Origin: Atractiella rhizophila | Lineage: Eukaryota | Reading direction: 5' to 3' | DNA: 20,000 nucleotides | Assembly (NCBI GenBank): GCA_021432655.1 | Contig: MU271231.1 | Coordinates: forward strand, 112,350 to 132,349 | Shown here: positions 9,401 to 20,000 of the stretch, piece by piece | Layout of the letters: each line of letters opens with the position of its first letter | Numbering within the stretch: the stretch's first letter is position 1 | Program-made: the position numbers and the translations under genes | The notes under the pieces: generated by a model | Databases searched by the model: none | The model's input: only the letters and a program-made list of their open reading frames with translations | Told to the model about the DNA's origin: nothing

Positions 9401-10881
9401 TTAAAATTTAGTAGGTATCACAACATCAAATCTTGTCAAAGCCGGTCGCTCGGCCTGCAGGGAACAGGAAGAAAGCGACAGCGTTCGACACCTCCTAGCC
9501 TCCTCTGTACGTGCTCAGCGGCTCCTTTGTGGGCTTAAGGGTAGCGGTTCGTGATGGGGTGACCGGAACACTTACGCCTCCTACTTTCTGGGAGCATTCA
9601 CTTCTCTTAGTATCCTTACCTTATTGTGGTGTGTGTTCAAGTTTTCTCTTCACTTCCAATCACGCCTTCTCATTATTCAGCATCTTTCTCTGATAAAAGC
9701 GAGTTGCCCTGCGAGTGCGAGACCACATCCTTATTGGTTGGTCTCGCACCTCGCAGCCTTGCACCCTGTCACCCTCTTAAACTCATTAAAAGGTAGCCAA
9801 TGGAACCTGTCCACAGGTGGATACCTTCCCAGCAGCCAATATACCGATATCACCTATAGGTTCATATTGGTCAAATGGCAAGCTGATGCCTTAGGCCTGT
9901 GGGGAATTGGACTTGTCCTCGGGCTTCGACATTCCTCATTGTTGTGACCACAGTTTTGTCATTGTTTCAAGTGATTTTTCCTGAGTTCCCGAATGCATTT
10001 TCCGTCCTCCAGGTATCAAACAAGGCTGAGCTGTCTCTTTTGAGTAGACTAAGAAGCTAGTCATTTGTTCATTTGTGAACTCCCTGCTCTCCTACTCCTC
10101 GGCATCACGGACTGGCCCGTTCTTTCCCCCTTCTTCAACTAGCTCCTTAGCGAACCAATTTGACTGGGAGAAGCATGATCAAGCTCATTTGGGTCAAACG
10201 ATTTCTTTGTGACATTACGCTTTGTGGAGTAACAGGTTTCACTTTTGATTCCCTTGCGACTGTTTTCTTGAATTGCTTTAGAATGCCCAATCGCTTGATC
10301 ATGATCTTATTCGTCTTTAATTCTCCGCCATCACTCTATGCTTCCTATGACACTTATCAGGCTAGTGACTGGTTCTGTGCTCGCCTACATGTGTCAAACA
10401 GAAATGGTTATGAAACTGAAAGATTTGGATAATGAAAATTTGGAGGTCATTGGAATCACAGATATCACATAGTGTCCCACAACAAGCATCACATTTTGAT
10501 GGGGTCAATGTCGCTGACCAGTTGAGCCCTGAGTCTGCAATAAATGAAGTGTTTTCTGATGACGGCAGGACGCTTGTCTAAAGCATTCACCCATCAACAT
10601 CTGCATAGATCAAAGCCAGAGACAGAGGATGTAACTCACATTGATTTTGAATGTCGAAATTTCGGCAGACACATCTTTTCCCTCGAATTCATCAGATTGA
10701 GTCACATGATGCCTTGTTGACCTAAAACAACCACAGATATGTCAATCCGGCCGACTCAGAACTGAGAGCGGAGAGGAAATAGAGAAGATGCTGAATGGCA
10801 ATGCCAGGATTGAAGGACATGAACCCAGGACCGACCTCGAAGCCAGACGAGCCCATCACTCGATGAAGGAAAGTACTCCAC

Positions 10882-10916
10882 ACCATTCATGTCCAATACC
10901 ATTCATGTCCAATACC
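10882..10916. repeat. 16-bp perfect tandem duplication
   Basis: ACCATTCATGTCCAAT x2 plus ACC. Confidence 0.9.
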
Positions 10917-12322
10917 CTTTGATATGACCCTGACAGTTCGTTGTGTTAGTGGGTTGCATTGGGTAATTCACAAACCTGCGGGAAAACTATGAGGACTGGT
11001 TCGAGCTAGCCTGTAAGAGTGGATCGAGTGCTTAACTTACTGATTACTATCACCTCATCGGGAGAACTAGACCCGTGTAGGACCGTAAAATCTGCAAGAG
11101 AATAAAGCTTGCTCGATGCTTTCCTCCAGACGTAAACTTCCTCTGTTGCATTCATCTCTGGTGAAGACTGATGACACAGAAAGTATCTGGAAAATGAAGA
11201 TACGGATTGATGAAGATGAAGTGAATTACCTCTGAGGCGAAACTGAGATTGGGCTCCCTTTAAGGAGGGAAAACAGAGCTGGAGGAGAAGAATCAAGGCT
11301 CAGTGCGAGCGATCAGTGACCTGATTCATTAGCTCAATCGCAAAGTTTGGAGCGCCCGTCTCAGACAATGACATGGAACCGGACCTCTAATTTCAGACGC
11401 GAAGGCTCGATCAAGGCGTCCAAACATGAGAAAGCCGGAGATTTAGCTTTTAACAAACAAAGATTGTTCATGGCCGATCGCGACAATCACATCATGGTCC
11501 GTCAAGAAGCCTCGAGAGTTGGAAGAGAAGGACACGACTGCTGACTGCAGGAGGGGTCATAACAACCTCAAAGAGATGACGAATTTGAGGCCTTGAACGG
11601 AGCTGGAACGAAGTTATGCAGTTCACCTACGAACTGCCAATGGAAGTATTCGATTCTGGCGCACTTGTTGTCAGAGTTTGGCACCTTTTTAAGCTGCATT
11701 CATGCCACTGTCATTTGTGGCTCTAGTTTTCTTTCCCCTTTGCCATTTCCCTCATTTTGCCAAGTTCCTTAAAGTATAAAAAGCCCATTGTAACTTCATT
11801 GTAATTCCTTCCTTTCGACCCTTGGAATCAACACTTGTTGATCATGAATCAGTGTCACAGCATTGACAGCCTTTCTATGAGCAATCCTTTTGCCATCGAA
11901 ACAGCCCTCCGCCATGGCCGGGACAATAAGTAACTGCAGCCAATCGGGTATTGCTTGCTAAACGAGCAGCCGACAAAAGTGACGCCGAATTCCGCATACT
12001 TCCTTCCGTAGTTCATTTGGCTTGCAATAGAAAGAATGACCGGTTGCACTATTTGCTTGATCCGTGACGGTGAAAACGGGGCTGTACGATGAGGCTCATC
12101 AATTTGATGACGGTTAACTTTGGCTTGTGCGGGTTTCTTAGGGCGTTTTATCGGGCTAACAGTTAATGTTGTGAAGTAGAAGGTGCCATATTGATTTCGA
12201 TTGCGATTGCGACATTGTCGTGACGGATTTCGGCGTCTGGATGGTCGGCCGCTCGTTTCAATTGGTGATTTAGGGAAGGGAGAGTTTTCTGCGGCGAATG
12301 ACAAAGAAAGGGAGCGGCCGAC

Positions 12323-13508
12323 TAGGGATGCACAACGTGGCGTGGCGTGACGTGTGTAGGGGGCGATGTGAGCTTCGTCACATCAAGTGAATGCGGGCGG
12401 ATACGGGGAGACGTGTTCCATTCGCTGAGTCGCACGTCAAAGGTGGCTGTAACGGGTTTGTAGCCGGCACACGCCTCATGTCGTGTAATAACATGCAATG
12501 TTGACATTACTAGGCTAGATAATGTAAAATAAAGCGTGTTGAGTGAAGCTGAGAAGTCAAGATGTGAATGTATGTATAAAGAACTTTTAAGCATGCTCAA
12601 CTTGAATTTCCTTTTGCAATGGCAGCCAGATCTGCCTTTTGTTTCTTTGCCTTTCGATCTCTCTCCGATCGTAGTTGAGCCTTAAGAACCATGAGAGACT
12701 GAATAGTGTTGGGCTTGAGGCGTGTGCGGCAGATCCATATCGTTCTCGTGCTCCGCTGAAGATGTATTCCAAAACTACCGAATAGCCTAAAAATGAATAA
12801 TCAGCCTCAGAATTGAATAAGAAGACGAATGAAGGAAACCCAAACCAGGAGTGGACATAATATCCCATGCCATTTGAGACCACTCCTTCAAATCCGTTTT
12901 CGACCTCGTGCGATAGATTTCCAGAGGATCCTCCATCCAGATCAGTGGAGGGAGACTAAACTAGATATTTGGTTGCAAGTCCTCATCTTCTTGAAACACC
13001 TTCATACGCTGATTAGCCTTCTGCGTAAGTTTTGCTGAATACGAGAGTGTTGCTACCGTTTTGTACTGTCAAGCTGCGATGGTGCGGAAGAACAAGAGTT
13101 GTCGGAGGAAGATGGTTTGCTGCCTTCGATTAACACTTTGGGATCCACACTTGAATGGAGCACTGGAGCGACTGAGGCGAGACTAGTCAGAAGAAGAATC
13201 TGGTCTTACATTGGACAGGCACCAGGTGCACAAAGGAACCTCTGACTTCTTGTTCTTGATGAGCCAGCCGACCTGACCTGGTTGACTAAAAGATCCTACA
13301 TAAATTGCACAGCTATAGAAATCTGGAGCCACGTTAGAGACGTGTTGGCGTACGAAGACGGGAACACTCCTTCATGTCTGCCACACGTCTTCCCGTCCCG
13401 TCAAAAATGCGTGCGGTTCGAGACGTGTTTACTGAGCTCCACACACGCCAAAAAAGATGGGAACGAATTACGGGTTCCGGACCCATCACGCCCCGTTGTG
13501 CATCCCTG
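12323..13508 (-). mobile_element. hAT-superfamily DNA transposon, internally deleted (1186 bp)
   Basis: TIRs are TAGGGATGCACAACGTGGCGTG (12323-12344) and CACGCCCCGTTGTGCATCCCTG (13487-13508), matching 20/22 with an Ac-like (T/C)AGGGATG start. Subterminal GAGACGTGTT occurs at 12408, 13337 and 13420. It contains a hAT dimerization-domain remnant. No 8-bp TSD is seen. Confidence 0.9.
12597..12936 (-). pseudogene. hAT transposase C-terminal dimerization domain remnant
   Basis: MEDPLEIY..WSQMAWDIMSTPG|YSVVLEYIFSGARE(fs)TIWICRTRLKPNTIQSLMVLKAQLR, with a 59-nt intron at 12787-12845. This matches the hATC pattern DPL..MARD.LSIP.S.V..ERIFS..R..L.P.TI..LM. The remnant probably extends upstream to ~13300. 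Confidence 0.88.
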
Positions 13509-14743
13509 GCACTGGTATCCCCACACAAATGAGGCTGTAAGCACTTGCTTCTCTCTATGAAGGCTTCAAATGGTACTAACTTTGCCTTTATCTTTGCAGG
13601 AAGCTCTTAGTGACCTGATACTCAACCTTCCTTGTCATCTGGTCTCGGAATCAGAGCGTGAAATTTGGTGGTGCCCTAACGTGACGACCACATTTCCAAC
13701 AAATCTCTCGATATCTTAGCGCTGATACCCTTACTCGATGTTGACAAACCCCTTCAAAACGCACCAGTTCTGACTCCTCCACAAGACGAGAAGGACGAGA
13801 ATACGGATGAACAGGACGACAGCTATTCCATGTACACAATAGAAGAAGGGACAGAGCCGACCAAGGAGATCGTCCATGCTCACTATCGACGTTGACTCCA
13901 AAATACCAACACCAACACCTCTCCCATCCTCTGCTCTTGCAGAGTCGCCATCGCATCGGACAACCACAGCAATTTCAACCGATGTCGAGGTCCCTTCATG
14001 TTTCTGCAACACCTACTGTCTCCTCCTCCAACCATTTAACCATCCCTCCTCCATCTCTCGCTATTGAAAGCACCAAATCCCTTGTGTCCACAGGATCTCG
14101 CTCGCCGAGTACGGAGGAGCGGACGATGAATATAGTCTTTGCCACCGGTGTTCGCTGAGAGACCTTTCTGCACCAGATTTATTCTCGCTCCCAATCGGAA
14201 GAATAAAGGGAAGGGGGAGGGGAAAGCGCGGGCACAAGATCCGGCTATCCAGCAGATCATCGCCTTGCCTGACGATCTACCACTTCCAGTCTCGTTGAAC
14301 CAGATTTCTGTCATCCTTTAGAGTCTGCAACAACTGTCGTTCATCGCGCTCTCGACTCAAGCTACTAACGATGCGTCGGCGGGGTATTGCTCTCTGAGAA
14401 CGCTGGTAAAGTGCATCCAGGCGTTGGCCGAAGAGCGAGAGGCACTAATAAGATGGATGGAGAGGTTGAATAAGCGGAAGAGATTTTATATAAGAGGATG
14501 AATGATCGGAGGAAACGAGAGAAAGGGAGCAAAACTCCGACCTTTACTCCCGCCTCGGCTCCTCCAGTTGCTGTCATTGGAATCGGGATCACAAGCCAAG
14601 ATTGCACCAGTTTGGTACTGCCGTCCCGGTCAAACAACAATCTCCCTGCTTCTCCTCAGGACGCTTCTACCCCTGCTACAGATTATCAAGGCGCTCTCAG
14701 GTACATGCCACAGCTACTCGCCCCCAGAGCTCAAACTCGATGA
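13509..14743 (+). pseudogene. 5'-truncated decayed gene abutting the hAT TIR
   Basis: Canonical 63-nt intron at 13537-13599 (GTAAGC..TACTAAC..TGCAG), followed by protein-like frames with stops and frameshifts (e.g. KNKGKGEGKARAQDP..., LAEEREALIRWMERL). Confidence 0.4.
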
Positions 14744-15928
14744 CAATTGTATTTGTATATAATATCGAGCTCGATTTGTGCATTTTGCTCTCATTGTATG
14801 CAAATCTTCTCGAAAAGAATAAAGGAAGAAAGTATTTAGGCGGCATACATCTCATGCATTTGATTGATCTCAGATTATTTAGACCTATCCCATTCCGATT
14901 GCAAATGTAGATCATGCAGGTTCGCCACCGCCCGTGGCCCCATCTTCAGCCATGGATGTCAACGAATTCTCGGAGCGGGAGTTAGTTCAGACAGTTCAGA
15001 TCGCCCTCATTGTGATGAGGTTGAAGATTCCTTCGGCTTCTTCAAATTTACGACAACAGGCCTGTGGTCTGCTGTAGGTAAAGCAAAGGCAAGGTAAGTC
15101 GTAAGACATCGAGAGAAGCAACGGAGGGAAAGGTCAAGGCGCTACACTTTGAATGCTTCACATTTCCCACTCTTACGTTGAGAAGAGACTGCGGTGTCTG
15201 GGACTTGTCTGCTCCACTAATTCTGATTGTGTTGGAGATGAGTAAAATGTCAGCAGAGAAAGTGCTTGAAACTGCAGCTGGTGGACGGGGTATAAAGTCA
15301 TATGGCTGGGATGAAATGAGTCGATTCAGGCACGCGGTCTTACAGCAGATTTGCACCTTCCTTTTCTATGTTTTAACGGAGCACATGTCCAGCCTTTCCG
15401 ACCCAGTTGGGAGAAGGACCTCCCTTTGTCTCCCCTCTGTTGCTGCCTTTTTGTTAAGGGAATGTGGCCTTTCATGCTGTCCAATAGTGGAGGCCAAAGA
15501 ATATTTGGAATCATATGTTCGAATTATTAGGATTCATCGTACACACACTAAATTTTTAAATCGGTCAGCTTAGCAAGTAATGAGATGTCTCCGTTTGACA
15601 CACTCTCCTCAGATTCCCACGCTTTCACTGCCCAAAGTATTACATCTAACTTATCAAGTATCGTAAAAATAGAGGGGCTTGAAAATAGCAAGGATTTTGC
15701 AGGAAAGTATTTGTCACTTTTCAGAACCTCAGTAGCTGCTAGAGATTTTTCTTCCACCAACTCCTCCTCATGCGCCCATTCTCTGTTTCGTCGGTTGCAT
15801 CCAAACAGCCAAGCTGATCATACTCAACCTTTACCAGCTCCTTGACTTACAATACAATACAGGGTAACAAATATAATCAATTTGTTTGAATTGAAATGTA
15901 GAAAGGTTGAGAAGTGCCATCATTTTTG

Positions 15929-16570
15929 TTACTCCTCCCCCTCTCCATGCCTCTTTCCCAGTTTCAATAAAGCCTGCCACTCCTTCTCTGTCTTCGTATC
16001 GAAAGTCGGCCCAAGCGCCAACTTCAATTCCTCTTTGGCATCTTGAGTCCGCTTAAAGACACCAGCGTCACGGATTGTATGAGGTAGGGACAAGGCATAC
16101 TCCTCGTACCCTCTTGTGCAGGCTCCAGGGACGTGCGGCCAAGTTCATCGGAGAAAGGGAGACCCTAGCAGCATCTTGCAGCATCAGCGTGGATTGAATG
16201 TGTCCAGTTGACCGTCATGCCATGAATTAGCTGTGGCATGTGTGAATGAGGAGAGAGTTGGATGGGCGTTCCATGATGGCTCGATATTCAGAGTCAGCAA
16301 AGTGCCTTCCAGGTTCTATCACTTTTCCCTGGCTGTGGGCTACCTTCACCTCGTGAAATCGATAAGTGAACATGTAGGGGTGAGGGGAGGACTCAGTGTG
16401 CATGTATCTGCCACTAAACAATCCGGATGACGATTATATGACAGAGACTTACTTGGTGTATGCGGAAGCAACGAGCAAGCCTGCCGCTTGATTCCTGCAT
16501 GCTCCTCCTTGTTACCATGCTGAAGCCCATTTACAGCCTTCGCTCCTTGACACCTTTCAAAAGCAAATTC
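15929..16570 (-). pseudogene. 3' exons of a decayed hypothetical gene
   Basis: GTAAGT donor near 16452, middle frame YMHTESSPHPYMFTYRFHEVK.. with stops, and terminal frame GYEEYALSLPHTIRDAGVFKRTQDAKEELKLALG..GEE ending at TAA 15929. Further minus-strand exon-like pieces lie at 15170-15800. Confidence 0.35.
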
Positions 16571-16599
16571 ATACAGTATTTCGACCTAAGATCTAAAGG

Positions 16600-17600
16600 G
16601 TGATGTCCTACTTTGAGAAGTGGTTGGCGGATTGGAGGAAAGATACTCCTCTTCCTATTTTAAATTCCACTTGCGCTCGCCAACTGTTGTCTGCAGGGTT
16701 GTTAGGGAAGGGGGTATGTGGCACGGGCGTAAGGGGGTGTCGGATGGTACTTACGACGTTTACAAACAGGTTACAAACCAGTTCTATCGGTTTTAGTAAG
16801 GTTGTTTATGCCTTCTGAACTGCAACTTCATTGGATCGAAACTCCAAGTTGCGATCCAGCAGTTTTGCCAACATGGAAACTCACGACTTTATGAGATAGT
16901 TGTTAAACAATGCTCTTGGAGACGTGGAGCGGATCTGACGAGAGCTGCAGGATGCGGCAGTTCCCCTTGAAGCTGAGCTTCGGGCCAGTGGCAAGATGGG
17001 AGGAGTGGCAATGGACTCAGGGAGAAGGAAGATAGGGAAGAGTTTTCCGTCTACCCCGTTCAAGAATATTTTGCAAACGAAGCGAGTCCTCGAGTAACCT
17101 AACCTTACGATGCATGCGCCCGAGAGGGCGAAGCATGTGTCTGCTATCCTCTGGTTGGACAAGACTTCAATAGCTTTTGAAGATACTTTACGCGGCAAAA
17201 GGGTGGTAGAGCAGTGGAAGAGAGAAATAATGTGAGGCATATCTGTACTATTAGCTGAACGATTAGTATACTTATGAGAAATAAAACTGGAGCGAGCGTA
17301 TGCATCGCCTGAAAACAGACTATAGTGAAGAAATACCTGGACACCGAAGAGAATCTTTCATACCTGCCATTGCAACTTCGTCCCGGGGCCATCAATGGGC
17401 TGGGAAAAGGAGTGGTACTGTATATTCTCTTTCATTGTTACTTTGAACATTCTGTGGATTCTACTACCTCTTGCTCTCCCACGGTGGACGGAGATTTCTG
17501 CGATCTGGATCCCCAAAATTCATCGAAAGGCCTCAATCTCATTAATCTGGGAGAAGTTTCCGCTTAATAAGATACTTTCGTACGAGAGCAGAGATTGAGA
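16600..17600 (+). pseudogene. Decayed spliced gene, product unknown
   Basis: Frame ~16872-17230 reads as protein (LLNNALGDVERI*RELQDAAVPLEAELRAS..) with isolated TAG/TGA/TAA stops. Donor-like GTATGT (~16714) and GTGAGG (~17232) are present. Confidence 0.3.
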
Positions 17601-17913
17601 TACATGTCATGGGGATTCACCTTCTTGATATGCTTGCAGAAGAAAGAGCAACGCACAGCGGTTAGTGCCAGAGGTTATTCACGTCCTTGATCCTGAGACC
17701 GTATTCCATCAGCCTGATCCTTTCGTATGAGAGCATCGCGTTCTATCAACGCAGTTTTCTTAGGAGGGTTACGAAAGGTTATTCGATGACACACGCTATT
17801 GCCTAAAACAGTATGCTAGAATTGTATCATGAGGCTTTCAAGAAGGATATAAAAGACCATTCTGCAATTCATTACCCCTCACAACATAGAATCGATGCCA
17901 CTGCTCTTACATG

Positions 17914-19604
17914 TCATGAGACCTTTGCTTGGTTTGACTTTTCCTTCATAATTTCCGCCAGAATGAAGAAAGGTATGTCTTCCCCCTCCAGAAATCTTTC
18001 GTAGTCTGAAGTTTTTGTTACCTCATCCTAATACTTTATTAGCATTTGTACATCAAAATGGATTCCTAACTATACCCAGTGTTGCACCAAGTAACCGATC
18101 TGAATTCTCCTGATTTCACGGTATTTGCTGGAAAAAATTGAAAAAACTTCGTCCATGATCCCCTTTACCGTGAGACTGTCGCAGATGTGTTCCCCAGCAA
18201 GTTTTCGCAATTCCATAATAGAATGTTCTGAAGGAATGAGCCAGTTCATCGAACAAGACATTGCTTACCATCTGCCAGCCTGTACATCGATTTTGGGGAA
18301 ACAGGGACTGGAGCCTTCGGCCAGGAAGCGGATTCAATGTTCAGGCTGTCATCGAACGCTGTTGCTAGGTGGTCTTTGCTAGATCTAAGCTGTTTGAAAG
18401 ATATCTCTCTACATTTGTCCTGTGAAACAACATGCCCTGGATGAATAAAGACTCACCGTGACAAGAGGTAATAAAGCAAAGCTCGGAAAGTAGAATAGCA
18501 GGTTCTAGTTATCTTGATTTCCGTAACTGGGTGTGACTCGGTTGGTGTTTCACTTTCCTTTCGAAGGGATGAGCGACGTTTTTCCAAAAAGAAACGGAGT
18601 GACCGACATCAACTTGAACAGCCTCGAACAAGTGACAATCCACTTCGATATCCGAGTCTTCCTCATCCAAGCCTTCTGAACCAGCTTCGAATCCCCCAGA
18701 GGCAAACATTATCCCACCTCCCTGAGCGCTGCAAATGTGGAGTCAGGGGACTCCGAAATGCTCACTGTCAGAAAAATATTCGCTTGCAGTTTGGAGCTGC
18801 TGGGTTGAAGCGTAAATTTTGAGGGTTTTGCCATCTCGCTCGAATACGAACGCAACATTTGCATACCGTGGGTTATCAAAAAGTTGTAACTGGTTCGACA
18901 AAAGAAGTCGCAGAGATGACAGGCGCTCCACACCTAGTAAGGTGCTGCCGCATAACGCTAGCACTCGTAAAGTAAGTCGCGCCGTAAGATAATCTGTTGA
19001 GAGCTATCTTCAGTTCTTTTCATCCAAAAGACGATGATTGGCACCTAGCTTCTCTACCATGCAATTGTTTGGTAGATTGCAACTCTGGTTCCTTTGCACG
19101 CAACCGCAACTTTCGTATGAGGTAACGTGAATCCCGGAGATCTATATCTATCCAGTCAACTATGTACGATCGATCACGGAAGCAGCTTACGTGGACGGTG
19201 GCCCAATAGAACCCGTTGGTCGTAGTCTCCAAATTCACTGTCAAGGAGTTCGTATCTGATTGCTTGTGGAAATACAAGTTGACCTGTAATGGTGCGTGCA
19301 CTCAGTCTCAGATTGCAGGCAAGACCTGGACAAACAGTCCACCCAGATTCAGGCATTTGCACTGGGTGCAGTTGTACCATTTCTCCTCGCAAAATAACCT
19401 CCCAGTCATACCTCCTCTGTAACAACTTAAGCATAAGCATAAGCAAGCAAGAAAGTAAAAAGAAGAGCAGCGTACAACAGAACCAAAGTCGCCGCTTAGT
19501 TTGGGGAGTTTTGAAATCCCCTCCCTAGCACTTTTCAAGGCATTCTTTTTGCCTTTTTTCACTGACGTCCTCCCTTTCCATGTCGCTGTTATGTCAGTGG
19601 ACAT
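17914..19604 (-). CDS. BTB/POZ-domain protein with a possible MATH-like N-terminal region (~426 aa, 9 exons)
   Basis: Manual model: exons 19604-19476, 19416-19336, 19283-19058, 18993-18766, 18717-18608, 18557-18457, 18408-18269, 18227-18076 and 18027-17914 join in frame (1281 nt). BTB motifs are LFDNPRYANVAFVF..KIYAS..ASEYF..MFASGGF, EIKIT..YSTFRALLYYLLSREISF, SPKSMYRLAD and DEVFSIFSSKYREI. The intron 4 acceptor is atypical. Confidence 0.85.
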
Positions 19605-19707
19605 AATAGCTACAGATGTCGTCTGTCGTCGATGGGATCTTCTTCAAGGGAAATGAGATGTGTGGTTTGCGTCGTTCGCTGCCTAGATCGTCAGATCCTG
19701 CAAGTCC

Positions 19708-20000
19708 TAGGGATGGCTATCGTACCAGATCGTACTGAGAGGAGCATATCCGGACGGTGCGTCACCCCATCCCGGCCCGTATCGTACCGTACTCTTCAAA
19801 CTTTGAGACGGACGATTCCGGCAAAAAACGGCACGATACGACGGACTACGGCAAACTGGTCGCCCCGAGGGTTTTGCGCAGGCGGCCGTAGGCCGCGCGC
19901 TCAACAGGGTTTTGCGCTCAATTTCGGGGAGATTTGCGCCACATCGGGCTGCAAACACAAAAGTGGTCGCCATCGAATATTATGGAATGCAAAAACGTAG
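19708..20000. mobile_element. Terminus of a second probable hAT-like element running off the window
   Basis: TAGGGATGGCTATCGTAC at 19708 has the same Ac-like first 8 bp as 12323. It is followed by clustered ATCGTAC repeats (19719, 19729, 19781) and CpG-rich ACGG motifs typical of subterminal regions. The partner TIR is not in the window. Confidence 0.6.

Noticed and set aside
11150..11650. Purine-rich, coiled-coil-like coding relic on the plus strand
   Set aside because: Stops in all frames and no identifiable motif; too weak to call.
11855..12304. 149-aa minus-strand ORF
   Set aside because: Non-ATG start, no recognisable domain and no splice support.

Overview
Eukaryotic, fungal (basidiomycete-like) genomic DNA: short 41-64 nt GT-AG introns, no operons, rich in transposons. 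Contents in order: (1) a decayed Ty1/copia RT-RNase H relic (~1010-1790); (2) a ~4.0 kb internally deleted Helitron (3960-7991, +) with intact A|TC and hairpin-CTTG|T ends, a duplicated 5' terminus, a 300-bp antisense mini-Helitron of the same family nested 13 bp inside its second 5' end, a tRNA-like A-box/B-box segment and a frameshifted Rep-Pif1 gene; (3) a 1186-bp deleted hAT element with 22-bp TIRs (12323-13508); (4) several decayed spliced gene relics; (5) a near-intact 9-exon BTB/POZ gene (17914-19604, -); (6) the terminus of a second probable hAT element ~100 bp upstream of that gene's ATG. I found no clearly new biological system. The most unusual feature is the nested and composite Helitron architecture with its Pol III-like and AP-1-like cargo. 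All calls come from manual reading; no searches were run.
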